In this document: one piece after another, positions 8,519 through 16,531 of the stretch
Numbering within the stretch: position 1 is the first letter of the stretch
Layout of the letters: every line of letters begins with the position of its first letter
Origin: an uncultured Christensenella sp.
GTDB taxonomy: Bacteria > Bacillota > Clostridia > Christensenellales > UBA1242
Assembly (NCBI GenBank): GCA_948471335.1
Contig: CAOKRZ010000002.1
Coordinates: forward strand, 1 to 37,547
Direction of reading: 5' to 3'
DNA: 37,547 nucleotides
Notes under the pieces: model-generated
Told to the model about the DNA's origin: nothing
What the model saw: the letters and a program-made list of their open reading frames with translations, nothing else
Databases searched by the model: none
Position numbers and translations under genes: made by a program

Positions 8519-10024
8519 TTAGTTTTCAAATAAATCTTTGCTTAAGTAATGAGGCTGACAAGTGATGTTAATCTTCAGCTTTTTGAGAATTGCCTCTTCT
8601 GAAGGAGAAAGAATGTATGTAGAATGTGCTTCCATTCCTTTGAGAAGTGGCAGGCAGTCAATAGCCTTCTTTGCTTTTTCGTGTGTGCTTGCAGAAATGG
8701 CAAGTGCAATAAGGACATCGTCAGCTGACAGAACACTGCAGTTTTCTTGAAGATAGTTTTTGCGAAGAGTCATGATTGGCAAAAGGACTTCTTCAGAAAG
8801 GATATCAAAGTCGTCACCAATGTTTGCCAAAACTTTTAAGCCGTTTAAGAGAACTGCGCCGCAGGCTGAGATAATCTTCTTTGACTTTCCAGTGACAATC
8901 TGTCCATCAGGAAGCTGCAACGCAACGCAAGGAAGTCCACTTTCTTTTGAAGTTTTCTTTGCAACTGTTGTCACTTTAAGAAGGTCTGGATTCTCGCCAA
9001 TTTCAGCCATCAGATATTTTGTTCTGTCAACAACTTGTTGGCTTACTCGGCCTTTTTTATAGTCGCATTCAGCGATGAGATATCTTCTCACAATTTCCTT
9101 CTTTGCTGCTTCTTCAACAACTTTTTCGTCAAAAATTGCAGAAGCAACCATGTTTACGCCCATATCTGTTGGCGATTTGTAAACTTCTTTGCCTGTGATT
9201 TTTTTGATGATGTTGTTAAGAACTGGAAAAACTTCAATGTCGCGGTTATAGTTGACTGTAAGCTTTCCATAAGCATTGAAATGATATGGATCAATTTGAT
9301 TTACATCGTTTAGGTCTGCCGTTGCAGCCTCATAAGCAATGTTGACAGGGTGTTTAAGCGGCAAATCCCAAACTGGAAATGTTTCAAACTTGGAATAGCC
9401 AGACTTAACTCCGCGCTTAAAGTCGTGATACATTTGGCTTAAGCAAGTTGCAAGCTTTCCGCTTGATGGGCCAGGCGCTGTGACAACAACAAGAGGGCGA
9501 GTTGTTTCAATGTAAGGGTTCGCACCATAGCCTTCGTCTGATACGATGGTGTTGACGTCGTTTGGATAACCTTTTGTATAGCGGTGGAAATATACTTTTT
9601 CGCCACGGTTTTCAAGCTTGCGGGCAAATTTTTCTGCCCCTGTTTGTCCTTTGAAAAGTGTGATGACAATTGATGACACGTAAAGCCCGACGCCACGAAG
9701 CAGGTCGATAAGTCTGAGCACTTCGTTGTCATAGCTAAGACCAAGGTCGGCACGGATTCTGTTTTTCTCAATGTCGTTTGCTGAGATGCAGAAAATGATC
9801 TCTGCCTTGTCTTTAAGCTTGGTCAAAAGCTTTGTTTTGATGTTTGGGTCAAAGCCAGGCAAAACTCTTGCGGCATGATAGTCATCAAAAAGTTTGCCGC
9901 CAAATTCAAGATAAAGCTTGTTTGACTTTTTAATTCTTTTGAGAATGTTTTCGCTTTGAAGTTTGAGATATAGTTCATTGTCAAAGCCAATTTTGTTTTC
10001 CATCACACATTTTTCTTTTTTCAT
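8519..10024 (-). CDS. DUF1846 / UPF0371 family protein
   Basis: 501 aa. LYLEFGGKLFDDYHAARVLPGF, VVTAPGPSSGKLATC, SGYSKFETFPVWDLPLKHPVNIAYEAATADLNDVN and PTDMGVNM are colinear with the streptococcal/bacillary UPF0371 proteins as I remember them. The ATG overlaps the GT4 stop (ATGA), and a GGAGG SD is present. Confidence 0.9.
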   Translation of the reverse strand: MKKEKCVMENKIGFDNELYLKLQSENILKRIKKSNKLYLEFGGKLFDDYHAARVLPGFDPNIKTKLLTKLKDKAEIIFCISANDIEKNRIRADLGLSYDNEVLRLIDLLRGVGLYVSSIVITLFKGQTGAEKFARKLENRGEKVYFHRYTKGYPNDVNTIVSDEGYGANPYIETTRPLVVVTAPGPSSGKLATCLSQMYHDFKRGVKSGYSKFETFPVWDLPLKHPVNIAYEAATADLNDVNQIDPYHFNAYGKLTVNYNRDIEVFPVLNNIIKKITGKEVYKSPTDMGVNMVASAIFDEKVVEEAAKKEIVRRYLIAECDYKKGRVSQQVVDRTKYLMAEIGENPDLLKVTTVAKKTSKESGLPCVALQLPDGQIVTGKSKKIISACGAVLLNGLKVLANIGDDFDILSEEVLLPIMTLRKNYLQENCSVLSADDVLIALAISASTHEKAKKAIDCLPLLKGMEAHSTYILSPSEEAILKKLKINITCQPHYLSKDLFEN

Positions 10025-11199
10025 TTTCTTCCTCCGTATTTATTTGTAAGCTCTTCTATAAGCTTATAAACTTCATCCGCACTGTCTTGCCAAGTACGAT
10101 AAAATTTTGTTCTTACGTTTTTGCAAACAACTTTGTAGCGATCTTCATCTTCAATCGCTTCCAAAATCTTGTCAGCAAAGGCTGTCACATCATTTTTTGA
10201 AACGAAGCCAGTTTCAAAGTCTTTTATCCCTGACGCCGCACCCGTGCCTTCAAGGACAACACTTGGAGTGCCTTGACTTGCCGCTTCATATCTGACAAGC
10301 CCGTCAGTGTCATACTCAGAAGGGAAGACAAACAAATCACTTCTTAAATAGATGCTTTTAAGTATGTCTTTGTCAGAAATTCTGCCAGCGAAGATGACTT
10401 TGTCTTGGAGATCAAGTTTTTTGACTTTGTTTTCAAAATATTCTCGATCGCCGCCGTCACCAACTAAAAGCAGCTTGAAATTTAAAGACTTTTCTTTAAG
10501 CTTCAAAACTGAATCAATAATCATGTCGATGTTTTTAAGCTTGTTGATTCTGCCTACATAGCAAAACACTTTTTCATTTTCAGAGAGGTTGAATTTTTCA
10601 TTTATTTCTTTTTTCGCCTTTTCTTCATCTTTGATTGGAAGCATGTCAGTGGCGTTGTATATAACTCGCGTTGGCGCTTTTAAGCCATATTCTTTGACAA
10701 ACAATTCTTCAGTGAATTCATTGACGGCAACCGCACAATCGCTTTGATTGAAAACTTTCATTGTTCCGCGAAGAAGAAGTTTTGTGAGAAGCTTGCTTCG
10801 AGTGGCTCTGTAATAGTCCTTTTTAAATTGCGAGTGCATGTGTGATACAATTGGAATATTGTGTTTCTTTGCATATTTAATCCCTGCCTTTGCAACCGTC
10901 ATAGGTGAGTGGAAGTATACAAGATCAAGCTTGCTTTCTTTAAGCGCTTTTTTAAATTTTCGGTCCAGTGAAGGCAATGGCAAATCATAGTCGAGGAAAA
11001 ACACTGGCATCGACTTGCATCTTACAACTTTATATGGATGAGCGATTGTGTCTTGACGCTTTCCGCATGGACGAAGCGTGAAAACAGTTATATCAAGTTT
11101 ATCGGACAATGCTTTTGCATGGTTGTCGACAACATTGATGACTCCATCAATCATTGGAAAGAACGCGTCTATAAAAATCCCAACCTTCAGCTTGTCCAT
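10021..11199 (-). CDS. GT4-family glycosyltransferase, likely diacylglycerol glycolipid synthase type
   Basis: I prefer the ATG at 11199 (SD TAGGAG) over the TTG at 11217. The N-terminus KVGIFIDAFFPMIDGVINVV resembles alMGS/CpoA-type DAG glycosyltransferases. The C-terminus has the E-x7-E region FPSEYDTDGLVRYEAASQGTP. Confidence 0.8.
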   Translation of the reverse strand: MDKLKVGIFIDAFFPMIDGVINVVDNHAKALSDKLDITVFTLRPCGKRQDTIAHPYKVVRCKSMPVFFLDYDLPLPSLDRKFKKALKESKLDLVYFHSPMTVAKAGIKYAKKHNIPIVSHMHSQFKKDYYRATRSKLLTKLLLRGTMKVFNQSDCAVAVNEFTEELFVKEYGLKAPTRVIYNATDMLPIKDEEKAKKEINEKFNLSENEKVFCYVGRINKLKNIDMIIDSVLKLKEKSLNFKLLLVGDGGDREYFENKVKKLDLQDKVIFAGRISDKDILKSIYLRSDLFVFPSEYDTDGLVRYEAASQGTPSVVLEGTGAASGIKDFETGFVSKNDVTAFADKILEAIEDEDRYKVVCKNVRTKFYRTWQDSADEVYKLIEELTNKYGGRK

Positions 11200-11339
11200 A
11201 TTTTCTCCTAGTTTCAATTATAATCATTTTCATCCTAAAATCATAATAATTTAAACAATTTTTGAATTTTATTTATAATGTTTTGCAAATTATATAAATA
11301 ATGATATAATATAACTATTATCATGCTAAGGAGAAAATT

Positions 11340-12212
11340 ATGAAAAAGATTGCTATTGTAACAGACAGCAACTCAGGAATAACCCAAGAAGAAGCAAAAA
11401 AACTTAAAGATTTGTATGTTATTCCAATGCCTTTCATTATTGAAGGGGAAGAATATTATGAAGACATCAGCTTAAGCCAAGAAGAATTTTACCAAATGCT
11501 TCTCAGTGATGTTTCTATTTCAACTTCACAACCTGCAATTGGCAGCGTGACTGAACTTTGGGAAAATCTTTTGAAAGACTATGATGAAATTGTACATATC
11601 CCAATGTCAAGTGCTCTTTCAGAATCTTGCAACACTGCTGCAACTTTTGCTAAAAATTATGAAGGCAAAGTCTTCGTTGTTGACAATCACAGGATTTCAA
11701 TCACTCAAAAACGTTCTTGCATAGACGCGCTCAATCTCGCAAAACAAGGCAAAAGTGGCGCTGAAATCAAAGATATCCTTCTTAAGACAAAGGCAGACTC
11801 AAGCATTTATATCATGGTTGACACTCTTAAATATCTTAAACGCGGCGGAAGAGTGACACCAGCTGCAGCAGCAATTGGCACACTTCTTAAAATCAAACCT
11901 GTCCTTCAAATTCAAGGCGGCAAGCTTGATCAGTTTGCAAAAGTTATGAACGTCAAAGCCGCAAGGGCAAAAATGATTGAAGCAATCAAAAAAGATCTTA
12001 GGGAACGCTTTGCAGATCTTGCGAGTGAAGGCAAAATAGCTCTTGCAGTTGCTTACACAAATTGTCGCGACAAAGCAGAAGACTTTGCAAACCAAATCAA
12101 GGAAGAAATTCCAAACCTTGAAATTGAATGGATCAATCCACTTTCACTCAGCGTATCATGCCATATCGGAAGCGGAGCACTTGCAGTGGCTTGCTCAAGA
12201 AAGATTGACTAA
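11340..12212 (+). CDS. DegV-family fatty-acid-binding protein
   Basis: 290 aa. IAIVTDSNSGI, STSQP, LKYLKRGGR and HIGSGALAV match the typical DegV pattern. SD AAGGAGAAAA. Confidence 0.9.
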   Translation: MKKIAIVTDSNSGITQEEAKKLKDLYVIPMPFIIEGEEYYEDISLSQEEFYQMLLSDVSISTSQPAIGSVTELWENLLKDYDEIVHIPMSSALSESCNTAATFAKNYEGKVFVVDNHRISITQKRSCIDALNLAKQGKSGAEIKDILLKTKADSSIYIMVDTLKYLKRGGRVTPAAAAIGTLLKIKPVLQIQGGKLDQFAKVMNVKAARAKMIEAIKKDLRERFADLASEGKIALAVAYTNCRDKAEDFANQIKEEIPNLEIEWINPLSLSVSCHIGSGALAVACSRKID

Positions 12213-12220
12213 AACAAAAA

Positions 12221-12248
12221 CTCACCAAATTCATGGTGAGCTTTTTTT
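12221..12248 (+). terminator. rho-independent terminator after the DegV gene
   Basis: CTCACC-aaattcat-GGTGAG hairpin, then CTTTTTTT. Confidence 0.75.
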
Positions 12249-12266
12249 AGTTTTCAAGACCGATTA

Positions 12267-12476
12267 TTAATAGAAATCAACCAGTCCTACAAGATAGTCA
12301 GTTGGAACATTAAAATATAGGGCAATATCTCTAAGTATAAAAGCATCAGGCACGCGTAAACTTCTTTCCCAGCGGCTGACCGCCATCCCGCTTACCCCTA
12401 AACACTTTGCTAATTCTTTTTGAGAAAGTTCTTTATCTTCTCTTAATTCTTTTATTCTTAAAGCCAGTATGTTCAT
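12267..12476 (-). CDS. XRE-family helix-turn-helix protein (69 aa)
   Basis: I prefer the ATG at 12476 (MNILALRIKELRE...). LSQKELAKCLGVSGMAVSRWERSLRVP...TDYLVGL is the canonical HTH_3 pattern. It is a paralog of the 12796-13002 gene. Confidence 0.75.
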   Translation of the reverse strand: MNILALRIKELREDKELSQKELAKCLGVSGMAVSRWERSLRVPDAFILRDIALYFNVPTDYLVGLVDFY

Positions 12477-12487
12477 GTTTTTCCAAC

Positions 12488-12544
12488 ATTCTACTACCAA
12501 ATGGTTCTTTTTGATTGACAATAACCAAATGGTTCCGCTATAAT
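12488..12544. promoter_or_regulatory. divergent promoter region with two copies of the operator-like motif ACCAAATGGTTC
   Basis: Copy 1 is at 12496-12507, just upstream of a minus-strand TAGAAT (12488-12493). Copy 2 is at 12524-12535, inside the 18-nt spacer of the plus-strand TTGACA (12515-12520) / TATAAT (12539-12544). The core AACCAAATGGTT is 10/12 palindromic. Confidence 0.6.
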
Positions 12545-12572
12545 TTAAGAAAAAAATAAATAAGGGGGGCAT

Positions 12573-12791
12573 ATGGCAGAAAAAATTAAAATAGAGCTTA
12601 TTTTGAATTATTTAGAAAAAAAGAAAATGGGGAAAATAGAATTTGCAAAAGCATGCAGAATTTCTCCTACAACTTTAAATAACATTTTGGCTAACAATGA
12701 GAATTATAGATATTTAACTCTAATTAAGATTGCTAAGGCAATGAACATTAAATATACAGACTTTTTATATTCTGATAAAATTTGGAATTAA
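12573..12791 (+). CDS. XRE-family helix-turn-helix protein (72 aa)
   Basis: MGKIEFAKACRISPTTLNNILANN...LIKIAKAMN is an HTH pattern. SD AAGGGGGG lies upstream of the ATG. Confidence 0.7.
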   Translation: MAEKIKIELILNYLEKKKMGKIEFAKACRISPTTLNNILANNENYRYLTLIKIAKAMNIKYTDFLYSDKIWN

Positions 12792-12795
12792 ACAA

Positions 12796-13002
12796 CTAAA
12801 AATCAGAAAGCCCGACAAGATAGTCTGTTGTTACTTTAAAATAAACAGCCAGTTTGTAAAGTATTTCTATATTAGGTGTTCGGAGATTTCTTTCCCATCT
12901 TCCAATTGCAACATGGCTGACTCCGATTTCATTTGCAAGTGCAGATGTGGTTAAGCCGCGCTCTTCTCTTAATTCTTTCAGTCTTTTGGCAAATATTTCC
13001 AT
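12796..13002 (-). CDS. XRE-family helix-turn-helix protein (68 aa)
   Basis: I prefer the ATG at 13002 (SD GGAGG at 13007-13011). It reads MEIFAKRLKELREERGLTTSALANEIGVSHVAIGRWERNLRTP...TDYLVGLSDF. Confidence 0.75.
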   Translation of the reverse strand: MEIFAKRLKELREERGLTTSALANEIGVSHVAIGRWERNLRTPNIEILYKLAVYFKVTTDYLVGLSDF

Positions 13003-13021
13003 AATACCTCCAATTGACTGA

Positions 13022-13037
13022 ATTATAACCAATTGGT
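13022..13037 (-). promoter_or_regulatory. -10 box with an abutting perfect palindrome ACCAATTGGT
   Basis: The minus strand reads ACCAATTGGT-TATAAT-(13 nt with GGAGG)-ATG. The palindrome (13028-13037) is a one-base variant of the 12496/12524 motif. Confidence 0.55.
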
Positions 13038-13075
13038 AAATGTTTAAATTGTATTGAACCAAACAGTTCAGAAAT

Positions 13076-13106
13076 AAAAAAGTGAAACTTTATTTGTTTC
13101 ACTTTT
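13076..13106 (-). terminator. rho-independent terminator of the YitT-family gene
   Basis: AAAAAGTGAAAC-tttattt-GTTTCACTTTTT is a perfect 12-bp stem including A/T runs. Confidence 0.75.
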
Positions 13107-13110
13107 TGTT

Positions 13111-14163
13111 TTATTTATCTGATTTTATGGAATTGAAAGAGTATTTTGAAAATTTCTTTCCGCTTTGAGTGCGGTTGTATTTTGTGCTTGTTTTAAGCTT
13201 TAATTTTGAGTCTTTATGTAAGTTAAGGTGAATTTCAATGCCTTGCTTCTTTGCTTTAAGGAAAGCTTTTTCGCCGACAGCTTCGTTGACTGATGTTGAG
13301 TATACAATTGCATTTGGCTCAATTTTAGTTACAACAGATTTTATGAAAGGCGCTTGATGGGTTGACACAAGGCAGAGAAGGAGTTTTTTCTCTTGCTGGC
13401 TATACATGCCTTCTGCATCGATGCGAGTTACGCCTTGGTGGAAGTGCTCCATGATTTTGTCTGCAATTTCTTGATCTTTGCTGCAGATGATGTAAACCGC
13501 GCGTACGGTTTTGATTCCGCTTAGGATTTTGTCAGTCATTGTGCTTGAAACAAATATTGCGATGATTGTGTAAAGTGCAAGTTCAAGATTTTTGTAAACG
13601 ATGACAGAGAGGAGAATAACTAAAGCATTGATAATAAGGTGGCATTGACCGGTTTTAATTTTAGGAAACTTTTTATTTATGCTAAGTGCAATGATGTCAG
13701 AGCCGCCAGTTGAAGCTCCAAGCCTAAAAAGAAGCCCGATTCCAATGCCGGAAATTGCTCCTCCGATGATTGCAACAAGTGTTAAGCTTCCAGTCATATT
13801 TGGAGTAAAGTTTGGGATTGGATTATATTCAATGAAAAGTGAATAAGTCACAGCCCCAACGATAGTTAAAGCTGTAAATTTATATCCAAAACTTAAAAGA
13901 GCAACAATAAAAAGGACTACGTTTAAAAGGATATACACAATTGAAGGATTCAAATTGACGCCCACTTTGGAAAAGAGGTCGGGAACAATGGTCGCTAAAC
14001 CAGAGAACCCGCCAGGAGTGATGTTGTTTGCCACAAAGAAACATTTGAAGGCGATGCTCATGATAAATGTGCCAACAGCTGTCAAAATACACTGTAATAT
14101 GAAAGAAACATATTTATTTTTAAAAAATTCTTTTGTTTGACTTATAAATTTTGCTGTTTTCAT
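13111..14163 (-). CDS. YitT-family (DUF2179-containing) membrane protein
   Basis: I prefer the ATG at 14163 (MKTAKFI...). It has multiple TM helices with NITPGGFSGLA and GASTGGSDI, then a soluble C-terminal domain (VRAVYIICSKDQ...GVTRIDAEGMY) plus a basic tail. Confidence 0.85.
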   Translation of the reverse strand: MKTAKFISQTKEFFKNKYVSFILQCILTAVGTFIMSIAFKCFFVANNITPGGFSGLATIVPDLFSKVGVNLNPSIVYILLNVVLFIVALLSFGYKFTALTIVGAVTYSLFIEYNPIPNFTPNMTGSLTLVAIIGGAISGIGIGLLFRLGASTGGSDIIALSINKKFPKIKTGQCHLIINALVILLSVIVYKNLELALYTIIAIFVSSTMTDKILSGIKTVRAVYIICSKDQEIADKIMEHFHQGVTRIDAEGMYSQQEKKLLLCLVSTHQAPFIKSVVTKIEPNAIVYSTSVNEAVGEKAFLKAKKQGIEIHLNLHKDSKLKLKTSTKYNRTQSGKKFSKYSFNSIKSDK

Positions 14164-14264
14164 AACAACCTTAATATAATATATTTGATGCGAAAAACAA
14201 AACATTTTGACGAAAAAATTTTTAATTATTTGACAAAGTAAAATTATGGAGTTATCATAAAACT

Positions 14265-15143
14265 ATGAAAGCAATCTTTATATACAATCCAAACAGCGGA
14301 AGAGGAAAAGTTTACCAAAAAGAAAAGTGGATTTTGGGAAAGCTGAGTTCTCGTTTTGACGAGATTGAAGTCAAAAAGACTGAAAGTCCACATCATGCAA
14401 CTTTGCTCGCCAAAGAAGCCTGTGGAAAATGTGACACATTGATTGTCGCTGGCGGCGACGGAACAATGAATGAGATCATCAATGGACTGGTGGGCGAAGA
14501 AAACATCCCAACAATTGGATATATTCCTGTCGGCACTGTCAATGATCTTGCGCACAGTCTGAAAATCCCATGCTCAGTTAAAAAAGCTGTGAAAAACATT
14601 TTAAGCGGAAAAGAATTTTCTCATGACGTGTTCAAAGCTGGCGATAAATATGGAATTTATGTGGCTTGCGCTGGCATTTACACAGAGATGAGTTATGGTA
14701 CAAGTCAATCAAAGAAAAAGAAGTTTGGAAAGATTGCATATATATTTCATGGACTCAAAAAAATCTACAACACAAAAGCGGTGAACTTGACACTTAAGTA
14801 TGACGGAGGAGAAATAAAAGGAAGGTATGCTTTCGTATTAATCTCAAACTCAAAAAATACAGCTTCTTTCAAGCTTAACAGAAAGGCATTCTTAGATGAC
14901 GGAAAAGTTGACGTGGCCCTTGTCGAAGAGAAAAAAGAAAAGATATGTCTTAGAAGCAGACTTAAAGTTGTTTCACTTTTCCTCTTTGGGTTAAGCAAAA
15001 AGAAGCTATGCCTTGATAAGTTTTCCCTTTCAATTGATGCGCCACTTAACATTGACGGCGAACAGCACAAAAAGGGCGATTTTGATTTTGAAGTTTTGAA
15101 TAAGAAAGTGAAGATAATCGTGCCAAATAAATTCAAAGGTTAA
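14265..15143 (+). CDS. diacylglycerol-kinase-family lipid kinase (YegS/DagK-like)
   Basis: 292 aa. KAIFIYNPNSGRGK, the catalytic loop VAGGDGTMNEIINGL, and IPVGTVNDLA are all present. Confidence 0.85.
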   Translation: MKAIFIYNPNSGRGKVYQKEKWILGKLSSRFDEIEVKKTESPHHATLLAKEACGKCDTLIVAGGDGTMNEIINGLVGEENIPTIGYIPVGTVNDLAHSLKIPCSVKKAVKNILSGKEFSHDVFKAGDKYGIYVACAGIYTEMSYGTSQSKKKKFGKIAYIFHGLKKIYNTKAVNLTLKYDGGEIKGRYAFVLISNSKNTASFKLNRKAFLDDGKVDVALVEEKKEKICLRSRLKVVSLFLFGLSKKKLCLDKFSLSIDAPLNIDGEQHKKGDFDFEVLNKKVKIIVPNKFKG

Positions 15144-15158
15144 AAAAAATGTATAGAA

Positions 15159-15194
15159 AAATCCCTCTTGGGCAAAATCAGCCTGGAGGGATTT
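15159..15194 (+). promoter_or_regulatory. hairpin that sequesters the SD of the ferritin-like gene
   Basis: AAATCCCTC (15159-15167) and GAGGGATTT (15186-15194) are perfect 9-nt complements separated by 18 nt. The 3' arm contains the GGAGGG SD and ends at the base before the ATG at 15195. No T-run follows, so it is not a terminator. Confidence 0.5.
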
Positions 15195-16439
15195 ATGAAT
15201 TTTAATCCATTTTTAGAAAAACCAAAGAAGATTGAAAGCGAGATTATGAACTGGTCGAAGCTTGCGCCTAAGCCATACAACAAAAACGAGATAGATCCGT
15301 TCACTCGTGTTCGCTGCATTTTGATGAACGGCACAGAATATGAAGCAGTCTGGTCAAAACATCACGCAAATAGGCATATTGCAGACAACGATGTAAGAAG
15401 GTCAATTGCACTTATAAGACGAATGGAACAGCAACAACAAAAACTTATCGCAGCTCTTAAACCAATCGATGAAAACATCTTGGAGACTACGATAGGTTAT
15501 GAACAGCTTGCTGTAGATTTGACGGCATTTTTGGCAAGACGCGCAACAGATAAAAATGTCAAGAATGCACTTGATTTTGCTCTTCTTGAAGATTTTGATC
15601 ACTTGTATCGCTATGCCAATCTGCTTGAAACTGATATGGGAGAGCATGCTGAAAAATATGTTGGCTCTTACACAGAGATTATGCCAGGCAGACCAACGAT
15701 CGCCCATCACAGACATCCATATGACAGCATCAGAAAACCAATTTCAAACAAAAAAGCCGATGCGATCACAAAATGTGATGTCATGATCATCACGGCGGCG
15801 GAACAACAAACGATGAATTATTATATGAACCTCGGCGCTTTCTATAAAAACCAAATGGGAAGAGAACTTTACACTGAAATAGGAATGGTGGAAGAAGAGC
15901 ACGTATCACAATATGGCTCACTTATCGATCCAACGCCTTCAATCTATGAAGAAATGCTTATGCATGAGTATGTTGAGTGTTATCTTTACTATTCAATGCT
16001 TAACGACGAAAGCGACAAAAACATCAAAAAGATTTGGGAAATGCTTTTCGAACAAGAACTTTCTCATCTTCATGAAGCTGCCAAAATGCTCAAGAAAATG
16101 GAGAAAAAAGAGTGGCAGGAAGTTATTCCAAACGGAGAATTCCCAGAGCTTATCTCTTTCAGAAACAACAAAGAATACGTCAGAAGCGTTTTAGGCAAAA
16201 CTGTCAGCTTGACTGCGGACAGAGAAACCTATGTTGACGTGAAAAAACTTGATAAAACCGCAAACTTCTTTAAATACAACAATAAAGTCAATGCAAAGCC
16301 TGAAAAAGAAGCAGGGCATGTTGTCATTGAGCAGCATATCAAAAGGTTTGGAGAAGACTATCGCGTTCAAGATGCACCTCATCCAGTCAAGGCACTCAAA
16401 GACAGAAAAATTGATAACATCTGTGTCGGAAGAGAATAA
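15195..16439 (+). CDS. ferritin-like (di-iron carboxylate four-helix-bundle type) protein of unknown function
   Basis: I prefer the ATG at 15195 (SD GGAGGG). ExxH-type motifs VEEEHVSQYG and EQELSHLHEAA, plus GYEQLA and LEDFDHLY upstream, suggest a rubrerythrin/ferritin-like metal centre. Confidence 0.55.
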   Translation: MNFNPFLEKPKKIESEIMNWSKLAPKPYNKNEIDPFTRVRCILMNGTEYEAVWSKHHANRHIADNDVRRSIALIRRMEQQQQKLIAALKPIDENILETTIGYEQLAVDLTAFLARRATDKNVKNALDFALLEDFDHLYRYANLLETDMGEHAEKYVGSYTEIMPGRPTIAHHRHPYDSIRKPISNKKADAITKCDVMIITAAEQQTMNYYMNLGAFYKNQMGRELYTEIGMVEEEHVSQYGSLIDPTPSIYEEMLMHEYVECYLYYSMLNDESDKNIKKIWEMLFEQELSHLHEAAKMLKKMEKKEWQEVIPNGEFPELISFRNNKEYVRSVLGKTVSLTADRETYVDVKKLDKTANFFKYNNKVNAKPEKEAGHVVIEQHIKRFGEDYRVQDAPHPVKALKDRKIDNICVGRE

Positions 16440-16446
16440 AAAAATC

Positions 16447-16475
16447 ATCTCAGAAAATTTTCTGAGATTTTTTTT
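16447..16475 (+). terminator. rho-independent terminator after the ferritin-like gene
   Basis: ATCTCAGAAAA/TTTTCTGAGAT is a perfect palindrome followed by a T-run. Confidence 0.8.
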
Positions 16476-16483
16476 AAATTCGT

Positions 16484-16514
16484 TTGACAAATGCGTAAAA
16501 AATACGCATACTAT
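16484..16514 (+). promoter_or_regulatory. promoter with an embedded 7+7 perfect palindrome (candidate operator)
   Basis: TTGACA (16484-16489) is followed by ATGCGTA-aaaaa-TACGCAT (16491-16509), which overlaps the -10 candidates CATACT/TACTAT. The AGGAGG SD is at 16521. Confidence 0.55.
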
Positions 16515-16531
16515 AGATACAGGAGGTGAAA

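Noticed and set aside
12267-13062. The XRE triad as a toxin-antitoxin locus or prophage/ICE boundary.
   Set aside because: No toxin-like ORF, integrase, recombinase, attachment-site repeat or phage structural gene lies within the flanking 10 kb. The adjacent genes are ordinary housekeeping types, each with its own terminator.
6696-14205. N-terminal extensions in the track (starts at 6767, 7870, 11217, 12572, 13062, 14205; also 15168, 16526, 26433).
   Set aside because: In each case an internal ATG is preceded by a clear SD at proper spacing. The extension either runs through a promoter or terminator or adds non-homologous residues to a recognisable family N-terminus.
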